From an uncultured Chloroflexia bacterium (GTDB taxonomy: Bacteria; Chloroflexota; Anaerolineae; Anaerolineales; E44-bin32), in the NCBI GenBank assembly GCA_963818575.1, contig CAWFSV010000024.1, forward strand, positions 65,319 to 129,318: 64,000 nucleotides of DNA, in the 5' to 3' direction. The notes below the pieces were generated by a model. The model did not search any database and was not told the origin of the DNA. It saw only the letters and a program-made list of their open reading frames with translations. Below are positions 1-7,763 of the stretch, one piece after another (position 1 is the stretch's first letter; every line of letters begins with the position of its first letter). Both the position numbers and the translations under genes were made by a program.

Positions 1-686
1 ATCGTGTCCCCCAGGCGGACGCGAAGCATCGGGCCAGGGATCGTGCCATTGAAGGTGAAGTAGCTGAACGTCGTCCCGTCCGCCAGCTGGCCCTCGACTT
101 CCTTGGTGGTCAGATCGACGCGCACGTTCGTGGGACCACGCGAACCGATCGGCTTGGGGAGATCGGCCGGGTTGTGGACGACCGAGACGCCGGCGGCAAC
201 CTGCGGAGCAGGCTCGCCGACGACCAGTTTGCCGAACATGCCCGCCTGCCGGTGCCCGGGGACGGAGCAGTAGTAGACGAATTCGCCCTCCTGGTCGACA
301 CGGAAGGTGACCGTCTTGATCTGCCCCTGAAGGTCGACCGAGCCGGAGGCGACCTGCAGCTCGTCAATCGCCAGGTCGTGCATCACGCCGTCACCGTTGA
401 CCAGCGTGATCTCGACCACGTCACCCGGCTGCACCTGAAGGACAGGGTTGACTTGCTTGTCGATCGCTCCGCCGACGCCGACGAAGACCAGGGTGTTGGT
501 CCCTCCGCCCGTGACGAGCGTGAATTTCACGGTAGGGGTGAGGGCGGCGGGCGCAGGGGCGGCGGAGGTGGCAGGCAGGGCTGGCGGCGGCGGTGCGGCG
601 GTGGGCTCGGGTGTTCCGCCACAGGCGGCGAGCAACAGCGCGGCGCATGCCAGGATGAACATCGACCGGGTCGCGTGAGGCGTCAT
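1..686 (-). CDS. nirK: Copper-containing nitrite reductase (NirK-type) with lipoprotein signal and N-terminal fused cupredoxin domain; 3' end lies beyond the window
   Basis: Own minus-strand translation from ATG 686 (GGAG ~8 nt upstream). It reads MTPHATRSMFILACAALLLAACGG (signal + lipobox), then cupredoxin YYCSVPGHRQAGMFGKLVV, then VVHNPADLPKPIG...FTFNGTIPGPMLRVRLGDT as in NirK domain I. There is no stop in the window, so it is absent from the ORF track. Context: NnrU-like, Crp/Fnr, DUF1858. Confidence 0.7.
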   Translation of the reverse strand, partial: MTPHATRSMFILACAALLLAACGGTPEPTAAPPPPALPATSAAPAPAALTPTVKFTLVTGGGTNTLVFVGVGGAIDKQVNPVLQVQPGDVVEITLVNGDGVMHDLAIDELQVASGSVDLQGQIKTVTFRVDQEGEFVYYCSVPGHRQAGMFGKLVVGEPAPQVAAGVSVVHNPADLPKPIGSRGPTNVRVDLTTKEVEGQLADGTTFSYFTFNGTIPGPMLRVRLGDT

Positions 687-993
687 CGGTGTCTCCTTCG
701 GATGGTATCGGAATGCGATCTTCCCCGGACGGACGGCGGAGGCCGTCCAACCGGGCGCGGTAGTCTTGCAGGGTCACGCCATGCACGGCGAGGGCCTGAC
801 GAAGCGTATCGAATCGGCTGAAGTCGCAGCCCACGCACCCGAACCGTAGGGCGAGGAATACGGCCACAGCTTCGGGGCGGCGCACCAGGTAGTCGGCGAT
901 CGGCAGATCCAGGTCGGTATGAGCGAGCAGGGACGGATGGTCCACACTCCGACTGTATCCGGGTTGGCGAGTGCGGTCGTTGCGCTGGCGCAA
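421..993 (-). CDS. DUF1858 / hybrid-cluster-associated redox-disulfide domain protein; both ends uncertain
   Basis: ORF track 421..993 (TTG start). Core LPIADYLVRRPEAVAVFLALRFGCVGCDFSRFDTLRQALAVHGV has the CxxC DUF1858 pattern. Only ~700..945 looks genuine. The ORF reads through the nirK start in another frame. An alternative GTG start is at 945. Confidence 0.45.
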   Translation of the reverse strand: MRQRNDRTRQPGYSRSVDHPSLLAHTDLDLPIADYLVRRPEAVAVFLALRFGCVGCDFSRFDTLRQALAVHGVTLQDYRARLDGLRRPSGEDRIPIPSEGDTDDASRDPVDVHPGMRRAVARRLWRNTRAHRRTAAASPACHLRRPCARRPHPYREIHARHGRRDQHPGLRRRRRSDRQASQPCPSGAAG

Positions 994-1044
994 AGAGGCG
1001 GGCGGACGGCCTGCGTGGATCCGACAGGCGCCCGTCGACGGGGG

Positions 1045-1770
1045 TCAGGGAAGACGGGGCGGGTGCTCAGGGCGCGCCGGCGTGGGGGGCAGGTCGTCGG
1101 CAAGTGTCGCCAGGGCGTGCGTGTCCACAACCACCACGCGCTCACGTCCGATCAGGAGCAGGCCCTGGCGCTCCCATTCCTTCAGCGTCCGGCTGACCGT
1201 GAAGAGGCTGGTTCCGCTCAGCTCGGCCAGGGTCAAACGCGTGAGAGGGGCGTCCAGGAGCACTCCGTCCTCGGTGCGGCGGCCGATCTGGGCTGCCAGC
1301 CGAGAGATCGTGCGCGCCACACGACGTTCCGCGCGTTCCGTGGAGAGTTCGCGCAGCCGACTATGGACGGCACGCAGCTTGCCGGCGGCGAAGTGCAGGA
1401 GATTGATCGCCACCCGCGGATGCTGCACGAGCAGGTCTTCGAACTCGCGCGGGGTGATCGCCAGCGCGACGACATCGTCCAGCGCCACCGCGCTGCCGGG
1501 GTAGGTCCCGTCATCCAGATTGGGGAGGGCGCCGGCCAGATCGCCGGGGCCCAGCAAATGCAGGATGACCTCGAGCCCCTCGGGCGAGGTCTGGACGATC
1601 TTGACTCGGCCCTCTGCCAGAAGGAAGTACGCGTGCGCCCGGTGGCCTTCGTGGAACAAGGCCTCGTCGCGCGCGTAATGATGGGGGCGGAAGAGGTCGG
1701 CGATGAGACGAAGATCGGATTCGCCCACGCCGGCAAAGACCGGAGCGTGGGCAAAGGCCGTGATCGCCAC
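1045..1770 (-). CDS. Crp/Fnr family transcriptional regulator (possible NnrR/Dnr-type, by context only)
   Basis: ORF 1045..1770. It has a cNMP-binding-like fold (FHEGHRAHAYFLLAEGRVKIVQ) and a C-terminal HTH (LTLAELSGTSLFTVSRTLKEWERQGLL). It lies between nirK and the nnrU-like gene. Confidence 0.85.
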   Translation of the reverse strand: MAITAFAHAPVFAGVGESDLRLIADLFRPHHYARDEALFHEGHRAHAYFLLAEGRVKIVQTSPEGLEVILHLLGPGDLAGALPNLDDGTYPGSAVALDDVVALAITPREFEDLLVQHPRVAINLLHFAAGKLRAVHSRLRELSTERAERRVARTISRLAAQIGRRTEDGVLLDAPLTRLTLAELSGTSLFTVSRTLKEWERQGLLLIGRERVVVVDTHALATLADDLPPTPARPEHPPRLP

Positions 1771-1842
1771 GCTGATCCCGGATTACGTCCACGCAGCGAT
1801 TGTATCACGACCAATTCTGCCCTATAATGTGCGGGTTGGGGC

Positions 1843-2458
1843 TTACGAGGTGCGAGGGATAGATGCACGGGGCGGCCGCGGGATCAGGCCTGGCACCGCC
1901 GCCTGGTAGTCGGCATAGGCCTGCCCGAACTCGGCCAGGAGCCGGCGCTCCTCCAGCCTGCTTCCCACGATGATGTACAGGGTCAGCGACAGGTTGAGCG
2001 CCAGGATGCTGGTTGTCATCACCGGCGTGAGCCAGATGAGAAGCAAGCCGGCGGTGTATAGCGGATGCCGCACCCAGCGGTAAAGGCCGGTCACGATCAG
2101 GGTCCCGGGTTCAGCGGGCGCGCCATCCGTCACCTGACGCAGGCCCGAGAAACGACCACGGGTCGGTCTGCAGCAACCCTGCGGCCAACGTCATCAGCGC
2201 CGCCGCCTGCCCCGTGAGGGCGAGCGCCGACCAGGGCAGGCGCAGCTGGTAGATTGTCTTGCCGGGGAGCCAGGCCAGCAGTGCAAGCACAGGCACGAAG
2301 GAGACGACGGCGAACGCGTTGTACGCCAATCGGTAGAAACGATCCGTCCCGGGCCCCAAGTGTGACCGAGCCCACTGCTTCACCCCTACGGATGCCAGCA
2401 GGCTGTGGACCGCGCCGTAGGCGAGTACACCGGCAACGATGGCCAGCGGCTCGAACAT
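1843..2458 (-). CDS. NnrU-like / ICMT-PEMT-type methyltransferase family membrane protein; one frame break near 2125
   Basis: Fragments 2111..2458 (MFEPLAIVAGVLAYGAVHSLLASVGVKQW...) and 1843..2133 (GLYRWVRHPLYTAGLLLIW...) overlap and join into one ~200-aa polytopic protein. Confidence 0.65.
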
Positions 2459-2461
2459 CGA

Positions 2462-3001
2462 TCAGCCCGCCGGGGAGGCGGGATCGCTTCGCCCGACCAG
2501 CGCCGCCAGGCGCGGACGGATCGCCTGCCAGATCGGGCATCGGTCGGCCACGGCGGTGAACAGCACCACGCCGCCCACGCCGAGCAAGAAGGACGGATGG
2601 ACCGGCGCTCAAGCCCAGGATGACGATGGCTGCTCCGGCGGCCAACCGCACCAGCCGATCGCCGGACGCGATCCCGCGCCTCGCCGGCGCCTGCCCTGAG
2701 AGGGCGGTATCGAACAGGGCGCGCAGGTTGGCTTCCGAGCCGGCGCCTACCTTGCGTGCGATTTCTTTGCCGCGTTGAAGGCTACCAGGGTCGGAATCCC
2801 GATCACACCCAGCCCGCGCAGGACCTCCGGATCCTCGTCGGCGTTGACTCTCCACACGTCGACCCGGCCGTCGTATTCGCGCTCCAGGCGCTCGACCATC
2901 GGCGCCATCCAGCGACACGGAGCACACCAGGGAGCCCAAAGGTCGACGATCACCGGGCGTGTCTGCGCTGCCAATCGATCGGCAAAGGGCTGAGGGATCA
3001 T
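2462..3001 (-). CDS. Thioredoxin fused to a C-terminal DUF2892 (YgaP-like) membrane domain; two frame breaks (~2775, ~2590)
   Basis: ORF 2747..3001 gives VIVDLWAPWCAPCRWMAPMVE...GIPTLVAFN. The protein continues in a second frame (RGKEIARKVGAGSEANLRALF...DRLVRLAAGAAIVILGLSAG). A third frame (own translation) gives GVGGVVLFTAVADRCPIWQAIRP, with the stop at 2462. The first break is a missing c in aac(c)gcggc. Confidence 0.6.
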
Positions 3002-3064
3002 GACGTTCGCTCCAGAATCCGAGGGGGCGCATTGCGCCCCCTCAAGTCGAAGTGCGGTGAAGCC

Positions 3065-3274
3065 TTAGGCCGCCTTGATGGTGCGGACCTTGAAGATGGC
3101 GTAGATCGGGCAGAAGCCGATCAGCCCGGTGAGCAACGGCACGAAACCAATGACCTTGAGAAAGGTCCCCCAACCGCCGGTCACGACGCCCGCCCAGCCA
3201 AGATAGAGCAAGGCGACACCCAGCACAATGCGCACGATCCGATCCCAGCCTGCTTCATTCAAGTACTTCATCAC
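3065..3274 (-). CDS. DUF2892 (YgaP-like) small membrane protein
   Basis: Intact ORF: WDRIVRIVLGVALLYLGWAG...VIGFVPLLTGLIGFCPIYAIF, the typical DUF2892 pattern. Confidence 0.75.
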   Translation of the reverse strand: MMKYLNEAGWDRIVRIVLGVALLYLGWAGVVTGGWGTFLKVIGFVPLLTGLIGFCPIYAIFKVRTIKAA

Positions 3275-3377
3275 TCGATCCTCCGCGTGGTTGTCTGCCT
3301 ATTCGACGGGCGGAGGGGCGAAAGGTTACGCCGCAGGATCAGAGCGCCGGCCTTCTCACAGGATGGGGACGGGAGAG

Positions 3378-3626
3378 CTAGGAGGGGCGGTCCTTGTTCC
3401 CGGCCAGGGTGCGCTGCAAGCGCGCGAACAGGTCGGCGCGCCGTTCCACGGGGATGCCGCGGCGGCCGTTTTCCCGGTACAGCAGGATGGTCTGGCGCGT
3501 GGTGTCGAGCACCACGTGGCAGTTGCGGCAGGTGGCCAGGTGCTCGCTCGCCTCCGCCGTCAGTTCCTCGCTCAGGTCGCGGTCGATGTAGTCCGAGAGG
3601 TACTGGATGACCTGTTCGCAATTCAT
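3378..3626 (-). CDS. Zinc-binding anti-sigma factor (ZAS, RsrA-like, no TM segment)
   Basis: 82 aa. H-x3-C-x2-C motif (HLATCRNC) plus an N-terminal Cys. It overlaps the sigma gene stop by 4 nt. Confidence 0.75.
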   Translation of the reverse strand: MNCEQVIQYLSDYIDRDLSEELTAEASEHLATCRNCHVVLDTTRQTILLYRENGRRGIPVERRADLFARLQRTLAGNKDRPS

Positions 3627-4255
3627 GGCGTGCCACCTTCCCGGGGCATCCGCTCGGCGAAGTAGACGGACAAGCGCTCGCGCAATGCGAGCCGGGCCCG
3701 ATGCAGACGGACCTTGGCGGCACCCTCGGTCAGACCGAGCGCCTCGGCCGTCTCTTCGGTCGAGAGGCCCTCGATGTCCCGAAGGAGAAAGACGACGCGC
3801 AGACTCTCGGGCAGCTCGCCGATCGCCCGGTCGAGCTCGGCGGAAACTTCGCGGTCGGACATCCAGCGCTCCGGGGTCGTCGTCCAGTCGACGATCGACC
3901 GCGGAAGCGGAACGGCCTCGCCGGTTTCGGAATCGGCCTCCGGCTCGTCGGGCGGCAGGGGTTCGTCCGTCCGGCGCCTGAGGCGATCGAGCGAGGCGTT
4001 GTAGGCTACCCGATAGAGCCAGGTGCCGATACTGGAGCGTCCCTCGAATCGACTCAAGTGCGTCATGGCAGACAGGAAGGTTTCCTGGACGATGTCCTCC
4101 GCCGCCGCCGGATCACGCAGCACCCCCAGGGCCAGCCGGTAGATCCGGTCGGCAAAGGTCTCGAACAGGGCGCTGAGCGCAGACGGATCCCCCGCCCGGA
4201 GTGCATCCAGGGAAATCGCCGGAACCGCCATCGACCCCATCCCTTTGGACGGCAC
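3623..4255 (-). CDS. ECF-type RNA polymerase sigma-70 family factor
   Basis: Region 2 (DIVQETFLSAMTHLSRFEGRSSIGTWLYRVAYNASLDRLRRR) and region 4 (LPESLRVVFLLRDIEGLSTEETAEALGLTEGAAKVRLHRARLALR). GTG start at 4255; an internal ATG is also possible. Confidence 0.9.
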   Translation of the reverse strand: MPSKGMGSMAVPAISLDALRAGDPSALSALFETFADRIYRLALGVLRDPAAAEDIVQETFLSAMTHLSRFEGRSSIGTWLYRVAYNASLDRLRRRTDEPLPPDEPEADSETGEAVPLPRSIVDWTTTPERWMSDREVSAELDRAIGELPESLRVVFLLRDIEGLSTEETAEALGLTEGAAKVRLHRARLALRERLSVYFAERMPREGGTP

Positions 4256-4268
4256 TGCGCCCGCGAGG

Positions 4269-5339
4269 TTACACCGATCCCCGCAGGGACCTGGCCCCCG
4301 GCGGGGTTCGGCGAAGACGGGCCAGGGCGGCGCGCGCCGGGTCGGCCGTCAGCCAGAGCAGGAGAGTCTGCAGGATGGCCGACGTCAGGCACCAGGCGCA
4401 GGTCGCACCGAGGACGAAAGGTTCAAGGAACGTCAGGTAGACCGAGAACAGCGTCCCGACGACCGCCAGCGCAAACAACGCGAGGCGAAGCACATCCCGC
4501 AGTCGATCGGGGACGAAGCGTGAGGCGGACCACATCAGGATGAAGGCGGCGTAGCCGAGCACGCCCAGGACGCCGATCGGGATCACGCCGAACAGGAATG
4601 CATACGAGCTCTGCTGCACGACGTTGCAGTCGCCTACCGGCCCGCAGAATGCCGGATCCCCGGTCAATTCGATCAGCGTCAGGTAGGCCGCGATGGCCAG
4701 GCCGGCCGCAGCCAGCACGGGGCTGATCCAGATGGCGATCCGGGATTCGGAAACCGGGGCGCGCATCGCCCAGCGCCAGGCGACGGCGATCAGGCTCAGG
4801 AGCATACCGATCAGGACGACGATCGCCAGCGAGTTGCCCAGCGGATCCTGCTGCAGCCGCTCGGCGACCGACTTGGGCGCAGCCGGGGTGGGCTCCGGGC
4901 TTTCGGCGCCGGCCTGCATGGCAGCCAGCATCTCCGGCAACCCGGGGATCGCCGGCCAATCGATGCCGCCCTGCGCCATGCCCTGGTCGATGATGCCGGG
5001 AAACGTCTCGGGAATCTCGCCTGATCCGACGAGGACGACATCCCCGACGAAGAGCATCGGCACGCCGCGCCGGTCCTCGGGGACGCTGAAGGTGGCGATG
5101 GCCGAGGCGAACAACACCGAGCCCTCGGGCACGGTGACGTCGATGCCGACGATCGACAGCTGGTCGCCGTAGCTCTCGAACAACGGAGGTAAGACCTCCT
5201 GGATCACCGTCTTACAGTGGGCACAGGTCGGCGAGTAGAACAGGACGGCGTTCACCACCGGGGCCTGGGCAAGGGCGGCGGAGGGCAGCAGCAACGCGAT
5301 CAGGATGACGAGGCTGACCAGGCGGAGGGCTCGAGACAT
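4269..5339 (-). CDS. Secreted thioredoxin-like domain fused to a C-terminal vitamin K epoxide reductase (VKOR) membrane domain
   Basis: Start chosen at ATG 5339 (AAGGA RBS), inside ORF 4269..5450. It has a signal peptide, then LFYSPTCAHCK (CxxC), then a VKOR-like core (AFCGPVGDCNVV ... GATCAWCL). Confidence 0.8.
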   Translation of the reverse strand: MSRALRLVSLVILIALLLPSAALAQAPVVNAVLFYSPTCAHCKTVIQEVLPPLFESYGDQLSIVGIDVTVPEGSVLFASAIATFSVPEDRRGVPMLFVGDVVLVGSGEIPETFPGIIDQGMAQGGIDWPAIPGLPEMLAAMQAGAESPEPTPAAPKSVAERLQQDPLGNSLAIVVLIGMLLSLIAVAWRWAMRAPVSESRIAIWISPVLAAAGLAIAAYLTLIELTGDPAFCGPVGDCNVVQQSSYAFLFGVIPIGVLGVLGYAAFILMWSASRFVPDRLRDVLRLALFALAVVGTLFSVYLTFLEPFVLGATCAWCLTSAILQTLLLWLTADPARAALARLRRTPPGARSLRGSV

Positions 5340-5452
5340 GCGTGAATCCTTGTGGGTGAATCGGGTGGAGTGTATCACGCGGGCAGGAGCGCGGCCGACT
5401 CGGACGGGCCGGCATGATACAATCGCCCGAGGCCGCCGGTCTTTTTCCACTC

Positions 5453-5890
5453 ATGACCCCCTCGTCCGCATGCATCTTCTGTCGCATCGTTGCTGGTGAG
5501 GCCGAAGCCAGCCTGGTCTACCGGGACGAAGCGGTCACGGCGTTCATGGACGCGCACCCCGTCGCGGAAGGTCATCTGCTGGTGGTCCCCAACCGACATG
5601 CCGCCGGGCTGGAGGATCTGGACGCATCAGACGCTGCCCGGATGATCGCGGCCGCGCGCAAGCTGGCGGCGGCGCTGCGCCGTTCGGGCCTGCCGTGCGA
5701 CGGGGTGAACCTGCTGCTGGCCGACGGCCAGGCGGCGGGACAAACGGTCTTCCACTGTCATCTGCATGTGATCCCGCGCACGTCCAGGGATGGGTTTGGA
5801 TTTCGGCGTCCGCTGGGCGTCGGCCGTGATGCCTCGCGGGAGATGCGCGAGGCCGCCGCCGTCCGGATCCGTGCTCAGGTCAAGGTCTAG
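5453..5890 (+). CDS. HIT (histidine triad) family hydrolase
   Basis: CIFCRIVAGE...HLLVVPNRH...VFHCHLHVIPR (HxHxH motif). ATG 5453 lies within ORF 5414..5890. Confidence 0.9.
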   Translation: MTPSSACIFCRIVAGEAEASLVYRDEAVTAFMDAHPVAEGHLLVVPNRHAAGLEDLDASDAARMIAAARKLAAALRRSGLPCDGVNLLLADGQAAGQTVFHCHLHVIPRTSRDGFGFRRPLGVGRDASREMREAAAVRIRAQVKV

Positions 5891-5931
5891 CCCGGGCGCG
5901 GCCGCGGCTGGCGGAGCTCTCACGGGACGGA

Positions 5932-6543
5932 ATGGAGACGAGCGTGAAGCGCGTGGTGGTGTACTGCGGCTCGAGCGATGACATCCGGCCGGTCTACCTG
6001 GAGGCGGCGCGTGCGATGGGGCGGGCGTTGGTCGAGCGCGGCCTGACGCTGGTCTACGGCGGCGGCCGCACCGGGATGATGGGCGCCGTGGCCGAAGCCT
6101 CCCTGCAGGCCGGAGGGACGGTGGTTGGCATCATGCCGCGGCAATTCGACACGCCGGTTCTGGCCCATCCGGCGCTGAGCGAGATGATCGTGGTCGACTC
6201 CATGCACCAGCGTAAGGCGCGCATGGCGGAGATGGGGGATGCTTTCGTGGCGCTGCCCGGCGGATTCGGCACGTTCGAGGAGCTGTTCGAGATTCTGACC
6301 TGGGCTCAGATCGGGATGCACCGCAAGCCCATCGGCCTGCTGAATGTCGAGGGCTACTTCGATCCGCTCCTGGCGTTGATCGAGCATGCCCGCGCCGAGG
6401 GCTTCATCTACGCCATCCATCGCGCCCTGCTGGCCTGCGAACGCACCCCCGGTGCGCTGCTGGATCAGCTGGCCGCCTACGCGCCGCCGCAGGGTCTCGA
6501 GCGCTGGATCGATCGCGACGGCGGCACGGCCGGGACAGCATGA
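5932..6543 (+). CDS. LOG family (TIGR00730) nucleotide phosphoribohydrolase
   Basis: VVVYCGSS...LVYGGGRTGMMGAVA...FVALPGGFGTFEELFE (PGGxGTxxE motif). Confidence 0.9.
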   Translation: METSVKRVVVYCGSSDDIRPVYLEAARAMGRALVERGLTLVYGGGRTGMMGAVAEASLQAGGTVVGIMPRQFDTPVLAHPALSEMIVVDSMHQRKARMAEMGDAFVALPGGFGTFEELFEILTWAQIGMHRKPIGLLNVEGYFDPLLALIEHARAEGFIYAIHRALLACERTPGALLDQLAAYAPPQGLERWIDRDGGTAGTA

Positions 6544-7763
6544 CCGATCCCATCCGCATGCTGCACTTCGCCGATCTGCACGTCGGCATGGAGAATTACG
6601 GCCGACTGGATCCGGTCACCGGCACCTCCAGCCGGGTGCGCGACTTCCTCGAACGCCTGGACGAAGTCATCGACTATGCGCTGACGCATCAGGCCGACCT
6701 GGCGGTCTTCGCCGGAGACGCGTTCAAGAATCGCGAGCCCGATCCGACGCAGCAGCGCGAGTTTGCCCAGCGCATCAAGCGGCTGGCGGATCAGGTGCCG
6801 ACGCTGCTGCTGGTGGGCAATCACGACATGCCCGGGATGGCGGTCAAGGCCAGCGCCGTCGACATCTTCCAGGCGCTGGCAGTCCCCGGCGTGATCGTCG
6901 GGCACAAGAGCGGCTGGCAGGAAGTGGCCACGCGGCGCGGCCCGGTCTTCCTGGCCTGGATGCCGTACCCGATGCGCAACCGGCTGCTGGCACGTGAGGA
7001 GAATCAAAGCAAGACGATCGACGAGCTCGAGCTCGCCCTGCGCCAGACGGTATCCGACATCCTGAGCGAACTGGCGCAGGAAGCGGCGCGGCACGCGATG
7101 CCTCGCGTACTGGCCGGGCATTTCTCGGTCTCCGAGGCCAAGCTCGGATCCGAGCGTACGGTGATGCTCGGACGGGATGTGGCGGTGACGACTTCGACGC
7201 TGGCCGATCCGGCCTGGGACTACGTTGCCCTGGGCCACATCCATCGCCATCAGGACCTGAACCCGGGGGCGGCGCCACCGGTCGTGTACAGCGGCTCGCT
7301 CGAGCGAATCGATTTCGGCGAGGAGCACGAGCCCAAGGGATTCTGCTGGGTGGAGCTCGAGCGCGGTGCGGCGCGCTGGGAGTTCATCCCCGTTCGGGCG
7401 CGGGCGTTTCGCACGCTGCAAATCGACGCTCGCCAGGCGCCGGACGCCACGGCGGCCGTCGTCCAGGCGGTGTCGCAGGCCGAGGCGGACGGGGCGGTGG
7501 TGCGGGTGCAGGTTCAACTCCGACCGGATCAGCAGGCGACGTTCCGGGAAGCCGAGGTGCAGTCGGCGCTGGGCAAGGCGGCCAGCGTGAGCATCACGCG
7601 CGAGGTGGAAACCGAAGCGCGCACACGCTTGGGTGACCTGGCGCCGGAGGCGCTGACGCCTCTCGAGCTGTTGCAGCGCTACTTTGAGTCACGCCAGGTG
7701 GACGAGGCGCGCAAGCTCGCGCTGCTGGCGCGGGCGGAGGACCTGCTGCGTGATCCCGACTGA
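6540..7763 (+). CDS. sbcD: Exonuclease SbcD (Mre11-type metallophosphoesterase)
   Basis: MLHFADLHVGM...VFAGDAFKN...LLVGNHD...GHIH. The start overlaps the LOG stop (ATGA). Confidence 0.9.
   Translation: MTDPIRMLHFADLHVGMENYGRLDPVTGTSSRVRDFLERLDEVIDYALTHQADLAVFAGDAFKNREPDPTQQREFAQRIKRLADQVPTLLLVGNHDMPGMAVKASAVDIFQALAVPGVIVGHKSGWQEVATRRGPVFLAWMPYPMRNRLLAREENQSKTIDELELALRQTVSDILSELAQEAARHAMPRVLAGHFSVSEAKLGSERTVMLGRDVAVTTSTLADPAWDYVALGHIHRHQDLNPGAAPPVVYSGSLERIDFGEEHEPKGFCWVELERGAARWEFIPVRARAFRTLQIDARQAPDATAAVVQAVSQAEADGAVVRVQVQLRPDQQATFREAEVQSALGKAASVSITREVETEARTRLGDLAPEALTPLELLQRYFESRQVDEARKLALLARAEDLLRDPD

Noticed and set aside
174-821. 215-aa plus-strand ORF at the window start
   Set aside because: It is antisense to the NirK coding sequence and low complexity.
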